A stretch of DNA of 64,000 bases from Dimorphilus gyrociliatus (GCA_904063045.1 CAJFCJ010000034.1:133649-197648), one strand, 5' to 3'. Shown: positions 1-13,325, counted from the first letter of the stretch. Numbers and translations are program-made. The notes: generated from the sequence alone by a model not told the origin.

Positions 1-331
1 CACAAATGGTACTCGCGACTCTGCTATTGAATATAGTAAGAAAATTTGTGGAACAGGTGAATAAACTTTTCGTTTTAAATATTTATTACTTTAACTTTAA
101 AGGTATTATTTTGCAGATTGTAAAAAACAATTAGTAGGTTGTAATGTTAAAATTAAAAATATGGAATCGACAAAAAAATGCTGCGAAATATCGGCCCTTA
201 AACAATGTGGTGCCTTGAATAGCTTTTCAACAACTTACATCTACCCTCAAACATGCGCAGGATCTAAGCCAACATTATATTTGATCACGATCTTATTACT
301 CATGACTCTTATTAAAAAATTAATATTGTAA
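1..331 (+). CDS. 3' part of a small Cys-rich, GPI-anchor-like protein (family member 1; 5' end outside window)
   Basis: Exon 1-56 (...EYSKKICGT), GT-AG intron 57-116, exon 117-331: DCKKQLVGC...KKCCEISALKQC...TCAGSKPTLYLITILLLMTLIKKLIL*. Same C-x6-C start and phase-1 intron after a C-x-x motif as the genes at 8801, 9835 and 27442; hydrophobic C-terminal tail. Confidence 0.6.
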
Positions 332-3300
332 ACAATCACTTTTCCTTTTCAAATATTAATCAATTTATCTATAGTTTTCAATCGTTTTAGTTATCGTTTG
401 TAGACGACGTCTCTCTCTCTCTTTCTCTCTCTGTGACTCATTTTTGCATATTGTATATATTATAGAAATTTTATGTACTTTATTGAAAATTTAATCTCTA
501 TACTTATTAAAAAATAATACATCTTCTCTCCTCTTTACATTAATACTTAATACCTTTTATCTCCGTTATTATTGTTGTTGTTATTATTATTTAGAGAAAT
601 ATTGTAAAAGTTTTATTAATTTATAACATAGGCCTATAATATAGGTCTTTTATTAAATACAAAAAAGAGAAATGAAAATTGTATATAGTAATCAGATCAC
701 TATGAAAATAAATTAAATACAAAAATACTTCAAGATCGTGTTACAAATAGAAATTGTATGAAATTTTAATTTTAGAATATTTAGCTCATTTCTTCTTCTT
801 CTTCTTCTTCTTCTTCTTCTATGTTCTACATGTGAACTATTGTTACTGAAAACAATTATGTAAATCCTAAATACACAGTCACGATAATAAATAATCGTTG
901 TAAAGGATAAAAAGTTTTTAACATATGAATTGTTTTATAACTAAAAATATGTTTATAATGTGGATTATTTCATAAGCTATTAAGTAGTTTTTACACGGTT
1001 GCTATGACACCTAAAATTAAGAGTTGACGTCCGCCAAACTCCATACAATAGCAAAGAAAATTAAATTGTAGATTACAAAAAGAAATGGAGGTTCTTAATC
1101 CAAACTGTACTGCATAAAGAAATTCTATAAAAGTGTTCTCTGTGCCTTTTTATATATCACTGTCTTAGACGTAAAATGGAAAAGGTTTTTTATACAAATA
1201 CAAGTTGAATGGGAAGAATTGGAAAATAGGCCAGCTCTAAATAGGAAACAAATTAACTAAATACAACAGTTTTTGCAAGCAAAACTACAGATAGAGATTT
1301 AGTATAATGATATAGACAAATGAAAAGTATACAACACCAAATGGTCACATGTTTAAAAGTTTTTTCTTTATATTCATGTCATTTGCTTGTGTTTTGCCTT
1401 ATTTAGGATAATTTATACGTACGTCATGCATATACGTCATTTTGCCTATAGGCAGATAATACAGCATTTATATAAATATATACCTTCCTTCCGTGAACAT
1501 CTAGATATATTAGCATTAAGGTAAAAATTTTAATAATAAGTTATGCATTTCTCAATGGATAAAACAGTTAAAGAGTTCTTTTGGAAAATTGCCTTAAACG
1601 GATTTTAACCTATTACGTGTTGTATTTTCAGTTTCTTTTTGTACGATTAATCAATACCTTAAAGTTCAATAATAGGTATATCGAATGAACTGGCGGGAAA
1701 TTTTTTTAGTATAAATATTTCCCCGTTAGCCATTTATTTCTTAATTAGTGAATGTTCACTTTCTCTATTAGTAAGTTCTATTATTTTCGTTTCGTTCAAT
1801 TTTTTCTTTCTTTCCAAACGTTAAGAAAAGATTGACAATTTCTCGTTTTCATTTAAGAGTGAAACTATACTATAATAGTAGTTTATTATTATATACTTAG
1901 TAGTTAAAGGTTAAAAGCGCACTCTGCCGGTAATTAACGAAGTATAAGGAAGGTAATTTTTCGTCCGAGATTGATTTTTACTGCATTTTTCTTATGAACA
2001 ACCGTAAAGAAGGGAAGTAAACTTCAAAGGTTAACACATTCGTTTATAGTCTTGATTATAAATTTTTTATCCGACAACAGGTTTGACAAAGAAAAATGAT
2101 CTTTTGAAAGGATAATTCATTGCCTCAAATATAAAATATCTTGATTCTGTAAAACATAGTGGAATTAAGTCCTCTTCGGTATTTTTTGAAATAAATAAGC
2201 GAATGGGACCTAATTACACAATATTTTATGTTTCAATTGCAACGAATTTGCATCTAATTTCTTTGGAAAAAGAGGTAAATGCAACAAATTCCTTCTACAG
2301 TTTCGTAACCTTCAAAGTTAATGAATATATGAATAACAATATTTATTCTTCCTTTATAAATCTGTTGGAATAAAGTAAATAGAATTAAATTAACTTTAAA
2401 AAGGGCATTTTCCTAATTTATTGTATGATAAATAAATACTAATTGACCGGTCAAATAATCTTAAACAAAAGAAACCTTTCTCCCCTTTTACTTTCTATAT
2501 ATATTCAAGGAATGTTCACAGATACTCTTTAGCGTTTCTCTTTTATATAAAAATAATAAAACGGAACATAAAAATAGACAGGAAAATCTTTGCATTTCTC
2601 GTCATATTTCATACGTTCAATACTTGTATTTACTTAAGTCAACAGTAAAACTATAAAGGCTTGAAGTAATCATTAAAAGCATTTTTTTAATATAACTTTA
2701 AGATATATTCTTTAAGTGAAATTCTTAAATTTTATGTTTAACTAGTAAAAGGGGAACAAGTAGTATTATATCTCTACTGATTGATAGCCTCTTGTTGCGC
2801 GCTGATATCTAAATTTGTATGTCTATTTTAATAGATACAAGCCGTGACTGGCACAACTTGCAGCCATTCTGTTTAAAAATACATTTTTTTTCATATTACA
2901 TTAGCTCATTACCTACAACAAATATCCTTTATTATCGCCTTTAATAGACATTCGCTGGAATTAAAAACAAAGGAATACCAGTACAAATGCGCAAGAATTA
3001 ATTAAAATAATACAAAAACCTCTCTCCCTCTCTCTCTCTCTCTCTGCTATAATAGAATAGAAATAAACAATATAATTACTTATAAATATACATCTATACA
3101 GAGAATTATACTAGATGGGTATTAACAATTTCATTAAGGGTTACTAAGATACTTCTCTTCCTCCTTTGTCTTATAAAATACTTAATTAAATATTTACAAA
3201 ATCGGCATACATTCATCTATTCAAACAAATACAGTTTTATTTGTTTGAATATCAATATCTAGTCTTGATTTTCGTAGATTTTTTGTTTTTGAATATATTA

Positions 3301-4146
3301 TAAAACTGTAGAAAACTTCCTCTTTCCTCTTTTTTCCTTTCCATTAAATATATTTAGTAGATATCGTTTGCTCTTTTAACTTTTTACTTATAATAAAGTT
3401 TGAATAGTCATTATGGCGTTAATACGATTATTCTTTAGTTTAGTTCTTTATTCCTTGACAACTAAAAATAAAACAAATAGAAAATTGTTAAAATAATGTT
3501 TTACTTAACTTTTATTATACAAAAATAATTCAATTCGTATTAATTTATCCTTTTGATGATAGATAGTCAAACAAAATATATTCTATGTGTTATTGTTAGT
3601 CCCGTAACCTTAACAACCAACGCTACTAACAACTACCCATACCCTATTTGTTTTTCACCTGCGTCTAAAATGGAAGACTTTTCGTATAAAATATTAACTA
3701 TTATTTCATTCCTTTTTCCATATTTTAATTATAGGAAATTGTAATATGGCCGTAGTAGTAGTAATAGTAGCAGGAGTAATGGAAGATTATAATTACATTC
3801 AAGAGAGAGAGAGAGAGATTTTGAATATCAGATAGTGAATAATGCCTTAAGTCTTTTTAATTATTTAAATGTAGTTGTTATATGAACATTTTCCTCTCTT
3901 CCTAATCATTTTGCATATATATGCATTAATCTTTTATATTCTTTAATAATTGTATTGTGGACTAGTGTCATCTACTGTATTTAAACTCACACTTATACTT
4001 GATTTAAACACTAAGCTGGAAGAATATCGTGATAATTGGAAGATTTTCACTGAATGTTGTTAATTCATTTGTTTCTAATTAACTATTTATATTAGCAGGT
4101 TGATTTTATGTACTTTCCAATTAAATTAATAACGATTATTATCAGT

Positions 4147-4218
4147 AGCAGAGTGGCGCAGTGGAAGCGTGCTGGGCCCATAACCCAGAGGTCCGTGGAT
4201 CGAAACCACGCTCTGCTA
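4147..4218 (+). tRNA. tRNA-iMet (CAT), initiator
   Basis: AGCAGAGTGGCGCAGTGGAAGCGTGCTGGGCCCATAACCCAGAGGTCCGTGGATCGAAACCACGCTCTGCTA. A1:U72 pair, three G-C pairs in the anticodon stem, ATCGAAA T-loop (A54/A60 initiator signature), downstream T-run terminator. Confidence 0.97.
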
Positions 4219-5012
4219 AGAAAATTTTTTTTTTTATTTTTCTAATTTCTTCTCCTATCTATAGATTTTTCTTTTTAAAATGTTTAAATACACTTTTCAA
4301 GTGAAAATTACAAGAAAATCAATGATGCTTTTGTTGACTATAAGATTATTCAAAATAGTTTAGAATGTATAAATAGATAGAACGTGTAGATCTTGTTTTA
4401 ATCTCTTTGAAAGTGACCTATTTCACTTACGGTACCGTTCAATATTTATCAAGAATAGTATATATCACTTTCTTTCTAGGGTATCTTAAATATCAACAAT
4501 CACGAGATTGAACGATTCAGTTTGTTTTTCTCCGTTCATATTTTTGTGTTTAAAATAGTTGAACATATTGTATAATTGGAATTTAGGTGAAAGATTGAAC
4601 GTTTTCAATCTATAAATCTATATTTTTCAATATAAATCCAAATTTTTCACAAGGAAACTTTTGTCAATAGTTCGCTACAAGGGAAAAATGCCTGAACTAA
4701 GACTTAGATACGTTTCTTTCATTCTTATTTATCCTTTTGTGAAACGTTAACGTATTAATCAGTGATCTAAATGTGAAGATTATTGAACAAATTTTATACA
4801 TAAATCAATGACGAGACGATTTTATTCCCTTAAGCATATTCTCTATTCAAAGATAAACTACGTAGCAGTGAAGACATTGACCTATTTTCTTGAATTATTT
4901 TCTTTACATTTTCCTTAATCACAAAAGTAAATATTCTACAGCTGATGAAAATAGCAACTTACCTGGAGTATTATCCTCAATAGAGGTACTATTTTACATC
5001 ATTCAATCGAAA

Positions 5013-5117
5013 ATGTCCAAAGTGAAAAGACTTTTTCATCAACTTTTTCTCCTTCAACTCTTCTTTTTACACAGTAAGTAATAATTAAGATTAGTAACTA
5101 TTCTCCTATTCATCTCT

Positions 5118-5154
<37 letters not shown>

Positions 5155-5900
5155 ATTAGCGAAATGCAGATCTCCTTGGCTATTGAAAGACTCAAATACA
5201 GTTTTACTATTCGATTGGTATCAAAATGTTCAAAATTCTCAAATTGCATCTGGAAGTACAATTCAAGATCAAAGTGGACATAATAAATTCGGAACAATTG
5301 AAGGAAACGGAGCGAGTTTTATGTCCGATGGTTCAATATATTTTGGAAAAGGCGATAAATTAACAGTTTGTCTTATAAATATACTTTTATTTTGATTGAA
5401 CAATAAAAATACTTAAAAAAATTCTACAATCTTAAAAAATATAGGTCATATCCGATAGTGATTTAGAGACAAGTGGCGATTATACTATTGAGATAATTGC
5501 CGAATATAATTTTCCATCAAATATTGGAACTCAAGGTTTATACTGTTTCGTTAAGCATAAACATAATGGATATAAAATTAATACAAGTGGAAAAGGTCTT
5601 ATTCTTATGGCCTATGGATTATCAAACTATTTTAATATTCAAGCTACACAACCAAATTCACCATTTAGTTATCTATCTATAAATTATCATTCTCAGACTA
5701 AAACAGTATTTTATTACAAAGATGGAGAATTAACTGGTTCTAAGCAAGTTGTAGGAAGAGTTTCAAATACTTCATTATATATAGGTTCTTGTTCATCTTT
5801 ATGTAATTCTTTCGATTTTGAAGGAAAGATATTTGCTTTTAAATGGTCTAATCAATATAAGAATAGTGATGATGTTGAAAGCGTATGGAATACAAGTTAG
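5013..5900 (+). CDS. Secreted single-domain LamG-like / concanavalin-A-like jelly-roll protein, about 240 aa
   Basis: Exons 5013-5073, 5160-5365 and 5445-5900 splice in phase. Signal-like MSKVKRLFHQLFLLQLFFLHTKC; motifs IQDQSGHNKFGTI, YTIEII, YYKDGELTGS, LYIGS, FEGKIFAFKWSN fit a LamG-like fold. Confidence 0.65.
5121..5152. repeat. (CT)n microsatellite in the first intron of the LamG-like gene
   Basis: Pure CT dinucleotide run directly upstream of the acceptor AG at 5158-5159. Confidence 0.9.
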
Positions 5901-6169
5901 TAGTTCACATTCTCTTTTATATATTACAACATTTTTGTATAATCATTAAGATTTCATCATCCAGCAAAACGATTAATCAGTATTAATAGACTATATGTAT
6001 TTAAGACATTTTACTTGCATATATTCAAATATAGGTATGATGTTAATCTACATTAATCTGTGTGTTATATACATATTCTCACTCCGAAAATTCAATACTC
6101 GACGATATGTAGATATCTTTTTTAAATTGCAGGTTAGACCTCGTCCTAATGAACATTTTTATGTCAATT

Positions 6170-6241
6170 AGCAGAGTGGCGCAGTGGAAGCGTGCTGGGC
6201 CCATAACCCAGAGGTCCGTGGATCGAAACCACGCTCTGCTA
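6170..6241 (+). tRNA. tRNA-iMet (CAT), identical second copy
   Basis: Same 72-nt sequence as 4147-4218, with different flanks and a T-run terminator. Confidence 0.97.
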
Positions 6242-6303
6242 AACATTTTTTTTCCTTTTTTTTTTCTTTGAAAACAGAAAGAGAAAAAGTTAAAAATTAT
6301 TAC

Positions 6304-6377
6304 TGGCCCGCATGGGGGTCGAACCCACGACCTCCGCGTTATCAGCACGGCGCTCTAACCAACTGAGCTAACGGGCC
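6304..6377 (-). tRNA. tRNA-Ile with GAT anticodon
   Basis: Reverse complement GGCCCGTTAGCTCAGTTGGTTAGAGCGCCGTGCTGATAACGCGGAGGTCGTGGGTTCGACCCCCATGCGGGCCA. Cloverleaf closes; anticodon arm CCGTG-CT GAT AA-CGCGG; A and B boxes intact. Convergent with the iMet gene at 6170. Confidence 0.92.
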
Positions 6378-8036
6378 TCTTCGAACACCGTTCGAAATAT
6401 TTTCAAATTTAAATTGAAATAGTACAGTAACGCCATTTTCTTAACAATTTCTAGACGCCCAGGTTAAATATATAGCACGTATAAATACAAAGATAATACA
6501 TAAATAAATAGTTTGATCTATTTATAAATACAATTTATACATGATATTTTTTAAGGAAGAGACAAAAAGTTATCAATACTCTATTTAAGCTTGAACATAT
6601 ATACATATGTACTGTATTATGCATACACAACGGGGAGGGGGCGAGGACGAGGACGTGGGTAAATGTTCTATAGCCAAATTACAGTGTTGGATACAATTTG
6701 TTGCTGACAATTTAAGTGAAAATACAATACAAACTAAACTATTAACTAAATCTACTTTTGTGGAAGGAGACATTCTGTAATGTTCATACTCTCGTCCAAA
6801 ATCTAGCTCAATACGATAAATATTCTTATTTATTGAAAATTCAACAATTGGTTATTGGATAAATTGGATAAATTGAACAAATATCATATCTCAAAATAAG
6901 GATAAACCTAATAAAACTTTTCATGAATAATTCCATAAGACGTCTCTCTCTCTAAAGTGTCTTTTATAGTTTTTACTAAACCAGGTAAAAAGTAACGGCC
7001 ATTTTCTGTTTTTTAAAAATTCATCAATGAAGAATGTATACTATTAAAAAATAACTAATTGATCATTCTATATTCTCTATGATAGTAAAGAGAATTTTTT
7101 TCTTCTTGAATTGTTAATGATGTTTTTCTCCTTTTATAGAGAAATGAATACCGTTCAAAGATGTTTTCAATGAAAGAATAGACTCTATGTTAATTAAATA
7201 TTGTTCAATGTGTTTCTTTTTCCAGAGAAGTAAATCAACAAAATCTTGGAGATAATTTCATATATTATGTAATATATTCATCTATGGAAATATTTATAAA
7301 AGTTCATTTTTGACCTCATCACTATCTTTCTTTTGAATTTTCATCTCTATATTACTAAAATAAACTGGAAAGTAATATACTTGAATGAATGAATGAATGA
7401 ATTATCGATAAACTAAAGAGTTTTTACGAAGAAGAAAATTCTATTGAATACTAGACGCCAATTGGTATTCTTAGAATAAGATCATAATTAGGCCGAAGTA
7501 AATTTGTTCAATTCTTCTATCAATACTGTAATACATAGAAATTTTACACAAATGTCTTATTGTCTGCCCTATCCTTTGCACTATCTAGCTGTGTTTTTTA
7601 ATAATGATTATAACTCCTGATAAGGATATGGCGACTTGTCGACAATTCCTTTTGAATGCTGCTCAAAACGACTTAGAGTAAAAGAAATTAAAGTAGTTTG
7701 TAATATATTCATATAACTTGAAATACGTTTATACAATGTTTTCAGCCTATATATTCGTGATGTAAACGATATTCTTTAACGCGCACCTTTTCCACTAGAA
7801 TCTCGTGTCTAATTACCCATTCGAGCTTTATGGCTCCATCTATCGGTTTTATTTGGATTTATTCAAGTGAATTGAACAGTTTTTTTGTGATTTTTTCAAT
7901 TTTATAGTTTATTCGAATTAATTGTTAAAAATAAAACAAGGAAAATTAATTATTAGATAATCAATAATCATTTAAACAAAAGAAATAAACAAACAAATCA
8001 CTTAAAAGAGTATTTATTCGAGATTATTCGCTCATT

Positions 8037-8420
8037 TTAAATTGACTTCCAGTATAGAATTGTGAGCAAAACGAAGAGAATCCATTGAACGAAAACGGAA
8101 TATTTTCCCTTCACATCAATATAAAATAAGTTTGATAACCAAAATATGGTCCATAACAGATATTGAAAGCTTATGAAAAATAGACATCCCGGTACGTATA
8201 AACTTGGAATAATACCAAAGATTATTGCAAATGACACTAGAGATACGGCAAGAATATCAGCAGTTGCCAAATGCCAACAAAATAACGCCAGATTCCATTC
8301 TTTGTAAACTTTACTTTTCGGAGTTGGATTACTCTTATAAACCTTTCTTGTTCCAACGAATGTATGAACAAGAAATCCGGAAGTTGAGAAGAACGTTGCT
8401 GCAATCAGGTAGAGATTCAT
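8037..8420 (-). CDS. Intronless 127-aa protein with about four transmembrane helices, function unknown
   Basis: ATG-to-stop ORF with four hydrophobic segments and polar in-membrane motifs (LVHTFVG, FCWHLAT, VQWILF). Confidence 0.7.
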   Translation of the reverse strand: MNLYLIAATFFSTSGFLVHTFVGTRKVYKSNPTPKSKVYKEWNLALFCWHLATADILAVSLVSFAIIFGIIPSLYVPGCLFFISFQYLLWTIFWLSNLFYIDVKGKYSVFVQWILFVLLTILYWKSI

Positions 8421-8800
8421 TTTTTTAATAAATAAAGTACTTATGCCCCCTTTGCTTTTAAATAGTATTTTTGACCTTCAAATTTCATCACAATTTAAAG
8501 GACTTATTATGTAATATAAATTCTTATTTCCTTTTCCTGTTTTAAAGGGGTGAAAATAAACTGGTATACAATATTGATATTTATAACGTTGATACTTTGG
8601 TACAAATAGAGATGAAATGAGCACTAAAAACAAACCTAGGTTTATCTTTGTTAAGATTCTTATTTAAATTCAAATAATAATAGAGTAATAGCATTAAAAT
8701 TTACATAGAGAATAAACGTCTACACAGTTGAACATATCGATTTTATTCAATTGATATTCTTTTCAAGTCAGTTTATTGACAAGGGAGAGAGAGAGCGCGT

Positions 8801-9515
8801 ATGACTATAATGATAATCTCAAATTCTATAATAATACGTAAGTATTTCAAGTTAATTCAAGTGTTTAATTGGCTAATTTAATTAGATTAACTGCTTTTAG
8901 TTCTATTTCAAATATCTCTTTGTTTTACAAATGAGGATGTTTTTGAAGAAATTAATCTAAGATCTAGAAATAAAAGATCTCTATCTTGTGAAAATAGCAT
9001 CTCCAACTGTAACAAGCAATATATGTCTGAACAAAATCATTTGTATTTAACTGGTTTTAAGGCGGAAGATGATTGTAAAATTAATAGAGATCAATTAAAA
9101 TGTGTGGGAAAAATAAAAGGTTCTTGCGCAATTACGAATGAGAAAGATATTAATGGTTACGTCGATTCCGTTTGTAATCAAGGTAAGACTTAATATATTC
9201 TATATTTATTATAATATCTCTTTTTTATTAGATTGTTTAAGAGAATTGAATAAATGTAATAATTTTACAACAAAGAACTGTTCATTAATGATCTGCAAAG
9301 TACAAGCTCACAAAGACTGCAATACTTTTACAGAACATTTTCAACGTCAATTTAAATCTGTTATGATTAAATGTAAGTACATTTTTGATAGTTTCTTTGT
9401 AATAATTTGGATGTTTTTAGGTAAAATATCATACGATTCTTCAACAATTAAACGGCCTTCAATTGCAATCTTATTCTTCTCTCTCTTTATAATAAAGACA
9501 CTAATTCCATACTAA
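8801..9515 (+). CDS. Small two-domain Cys-rich secreted/GPI-anchor-like protein (family member 2)
   Basis: Exons 8801-8837, 8901-9182, 9232-9372, 9421-9515, all phase-1 junctions. Signal peptide, basic site RSRNKR, two 6-Cys modules each starting C-x6-C, tail DSS...SIAILFFSLFIIKTLIPY*. Confidence 0.75.
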
Positions 9516-9834
9516 TTGATTATGTAATATACAATAACATTATGTAATTTTTGTATTTTATCGTATTCTTATTAAAATGATCAATATAATACGAAATCAA
9601 TATCTATAACTAATTCTGAATAGCTCCACTTTTTTTTTTATTTTCTCTTTAAACTAGTAGTTACCATATTTTTTATGAAAACGAGGTAAATAAAAATGGC
9701 GGATTCTAGGGATGAGAAATTCTAGGCAGACTTATTTCTAATCACGAAATTTACTGTTAATACTGGATGAGTATCGACGAATTATTTATTTATTAAATTC
9801 TGAATAAAGGTAGAAGGATAACTAACAACGAGAA

Positions 9835-10549
9835 ATGAATTTAGATATTCAAATCATAGGTATATTTGCTATATATTAATTCAATAACGAAAATTACAAT
9901 AATAATAATAATTCAAAGCTAATAAATTGCGTTACCATGACAAACTTTGAACAATTTTGTATTCGTTTAGTAACACTATGGTTTACTTGGTTTTTCACCG
10001 AAACGCATGGCAGAAACAATAGAGATAGATGTAAAGAGGAGATACAAAAGTGTAATAATAAATACCGGCTAATACAAAACAATTTATGGGAAAATGGATT
10101 TAATTCATTAAAAGATTGCGAAAATAACAAAAATCAAATGAAATGTATTCAAAAACTTAATCCTCCTTGTTTTATTACTAATTATAACGATATTAAAGGT
10201 TACGCTGATTCGGTTTGTATTAAAGGTTTGTATTAATACTATATTTATAAATATATACTATATATATATATTTGTTTTTTGAACAGAATGCTTGAACGAA
10301 TTAGCTAATTGCAATGGTCTAAATTCAAAAACGTGTTCATTTTTCAAGTGTAAAGTCAAGTCTCATAAGAATTGTAATACTTATAATAAACATTTTCGTA
10401 ATATTTATATGAAAGTTGAAAAAGAATGCGGAATTTATGAGAGTAACTTTAAATATCCAACGATTTCTAGTAGATCGTCGAATTGTATTTTATCAAAATT
10501 ATTAAATATTACTTGTATAATGGTTGTAATAATTATACTGTCAAGTTAA
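9835..10549 (+). CDS. Small two-domain Cys-rich secreted/GPI-anchor-like protein (family member 3)
   Basis: Exons 9835-9859, 9971-10225, 10287-10549. Signal IIVTLWFTWFFTETHG; clear similarity to the 8801 gene (NDIKGYADSVCIK vs KDINGYVDSVCNQ; CKVKSHKNCNTY vs CKVQAHKDCNTF); hydrophobic C-terminus. Confidence 0.75.
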
Positions 10550-11064
10550 ATATCTATATTTTAACGTTCTTGTCTTGTTGTTGTTCTATTTTTACTTGAA
10601 GATAACAACTTAAATCCGAAGATTTTCACTTGTATTCTTATCATCACTAAAGATTTCGTAATTCTTTCATTTAAAGAAATCTATTCAAGTTACAATTTTT
10701 TTTTTAATTTTAATACAGTTATATACAGCGTCTTCGTGTGTTGATGATTTTTAAAGAGGCCATACTATGCCTATTAGACGATTTATTATCATTATCTCCT
10801 GTATACCTCTTTAAAACAATAGATAGATGAATGACTCTAATACAGTATACTTTTTATATTCTGTATTAATTCATTGGCAATTCTAATTCTATTATGAATT
10901 CTTCGAATATATCATATATTCAATCTTTCTCTTATTATAATAAATCTAATTGAATTAAAGTGTTAAATATTCAAAATTAATACCATTTTTAAAGAAATAT
11001 GAACGACAAACAATTTGAATATTATACTTGTTCAAAATTCACGTAATTTCTTCATCAAATAGAA

Positions 11065-13284
11065 ATGATTCATGTCGAAACAATTCTTTATATCTTTATA
11101 AATCTTTTTATAACTGAAATTTTCAACTGAAATCTACAGCATGAATTTGTTTGTTGTTGAAGAAGATTCAAATTCAATTCTAGCTAATTATAAACTAACA
11201 AAGAAAATGGAAATTCATCATTATTTAGTTGAATGTAATATAATTGAACCTTTAAAGTTTTGTTCAATAAGTGGTTTTGATGACTTTTTTTATCATAAGG
11301 CAAACTGCAATACTCAAAGTCGTAAGCTATATTATTAATATATTGTTTCTATGATATTATTTATAATAATACCATTGTCTTTTTTATTTAGGAAAAGGAT
11401 TTATAAGGCAAATTACAACAAATTTTACATTGAAAGTTAACTATTGCCCAGTGTAATATAAAATAGATTGTATCTATTCAATAACCTACTTTATACATTC
11501 TTTTAATAGGGAAATAAATACTCCTTGGTGTTATAAATGCTTTAAAAAACAAGCATCGTGTAAGAGATTTATTTGAACTATAAGATTATTTAATTATTCA
11601 TATTTTTCCAGATCTTTTTGCTTATAAACGTGCAGAAAATGAATATTTATTAGTTTTAAGACTTAGATTAAGCATTTACAAATTATTTAATAATTCCAAT
11701 CTATCAACTGACTTATGTAATAAAGCTGAATTTATCTACGAAAAGACAATTAATTTTAAGCCAACATCAAAATATTTTTTTCAACTGCAAAATGGAAATT
11801 TCAATTATTCAACAACAAGGAATAACCTATCTCTAGCAACATGTTCATATAAAGAACTTGAAGGTTCTATTCTAATCGTTATTCATTGATTATCATTACT
11901 AATACAAACATGTCTTTATAGATTTTTCATTCATTGAATCGAGTGACTTTCATTGGTTAGCTACTAATTCTAAGAGACATTTCACAAATTTACTAATTCA
12001 TTCAAAGACTTTTGGAACTGTTTGGCCATTCTTTACAAATGGACCAAATGAAAATTGGTCAAATCTTGCTGCTACAGAGATTTGTAGGTCAATTTCAAAA
12101 GTACTCGGAATTTATGAAGTTGAAGTATCTTCTCTACTACAAAACATAGATACTGAGGTTTTTTACCTATTGGAATTAGTTTTATAAATATCTCACTATG
12201 AAATATAGATTAATTTATCTTTTCGTTTGCAATGGGATGAAAACGTCGATTTCTTCCATTTTACATCACTTGAAGGCGAGCACACAACAATCACAGTGCT
12301 TCCACCATACATTCTTAATAGTAAACATCATAATTATAAAGAATTTATTGGAATATTTGTACATCTTTAAATGAATGTAAACTTACAAGGGTATCTGAAA
12401 GAAGGTAAAATTCTATTGAATAAATAATTAATGATATCTATGTATTCATTTTACTTGAATAGTTTAAAATATAAGACAATTAAAAAGTTTGCTAATCCTC
12501 ATATATCCATTAATACTTTATATATTAAATGTTCAAAAGACTTTAAAGAAAGTGAATAATTCGTTTAGAAATTATTAATTATAAAATACTGACTAAGATA
12601 AATCAGTTCATTTATATAGACTGTCACGGTGTAAATACTCTAAGTCTCTATGACACTTGCTATTTTTTCCTTGAAACAAAAAAGAAACTGTCAGCACTTG
12701 AACACGATTTTTTTTTCTTCTACAATCAATAATTAACTTGAAAGTCAATTTGGCAACGATTATGAAGACTACGTTCAATTTAATATACCTGAAGATTGCA
12801 ACTTAAGAACTCTAACGTATATTGTTTGCCAAAAATTTATAAGTATTATGAAATTAACAGAAATATACTGAAATAAAATTATGACGTCTCTAACTAGAAA
12901 AATCAAATCCAGCTTCTGTCAGTAGCTTAATATTTCAAGGTCACCTCAATTGTTCCTTATACTCATTTTATTGTTCTTTTGACAAGTACTGTATTAATAA
13001 TATCTATGTTTGCGATGGTGAAAAAGATTGTATTTCCGGAGAAGATGAGATTGATTGTAGTTATATAACGCATTTCACTTGTATCAAATCATTAAAGAAA
13101 ATACCATATCACTTCGTTTGCGATTGTAATAAAGACTGTTCAGATGGATCGGACGAACATCTCTGCGGTAGATAACATCAATTCTTATTAATAGCCTCTT
13201 TCTTTATCTTGACACTTTGTTTTATTAAATATTCTTAGAGAGAAAGCCATGCGGATTCGATAAGCGAAAGTTGGTCATTCACCT

Positions 13285-13325
<41 letters not shown>

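Noticed and set aside
1691-1732. E2F-type site TGGCGGGAAA with a partial inverted repeat
   Set aside because: A single short motif with no linked gene model; cannot be supported as functional.
900-3750. Possible short exons and the 63-aa ORF at 3553-3744
   Set aside because: Some splice-like signals, but I could not build a consistent in-phase model or recognise a domain.
5106-5297. Minus-strand ORF ending in ER repeats
   Set aside because: Antisense to the LamG-like exon; the repeat is the intronic (CT)n microsatellite.
6079-6366. ORFs 6079-6348 (-) and 6184-6366 (+)
   Set aside because: They are translations of the iMet and Ile tRNA genes, not proteins.
6585-7400. G-rich patch near 6630-6660 and fragmentary frames to 7.4 kb
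   Set aside because: Too few uniform G-tracts for a confident G-quadruplex; frames are interrupted and unrecognisable.
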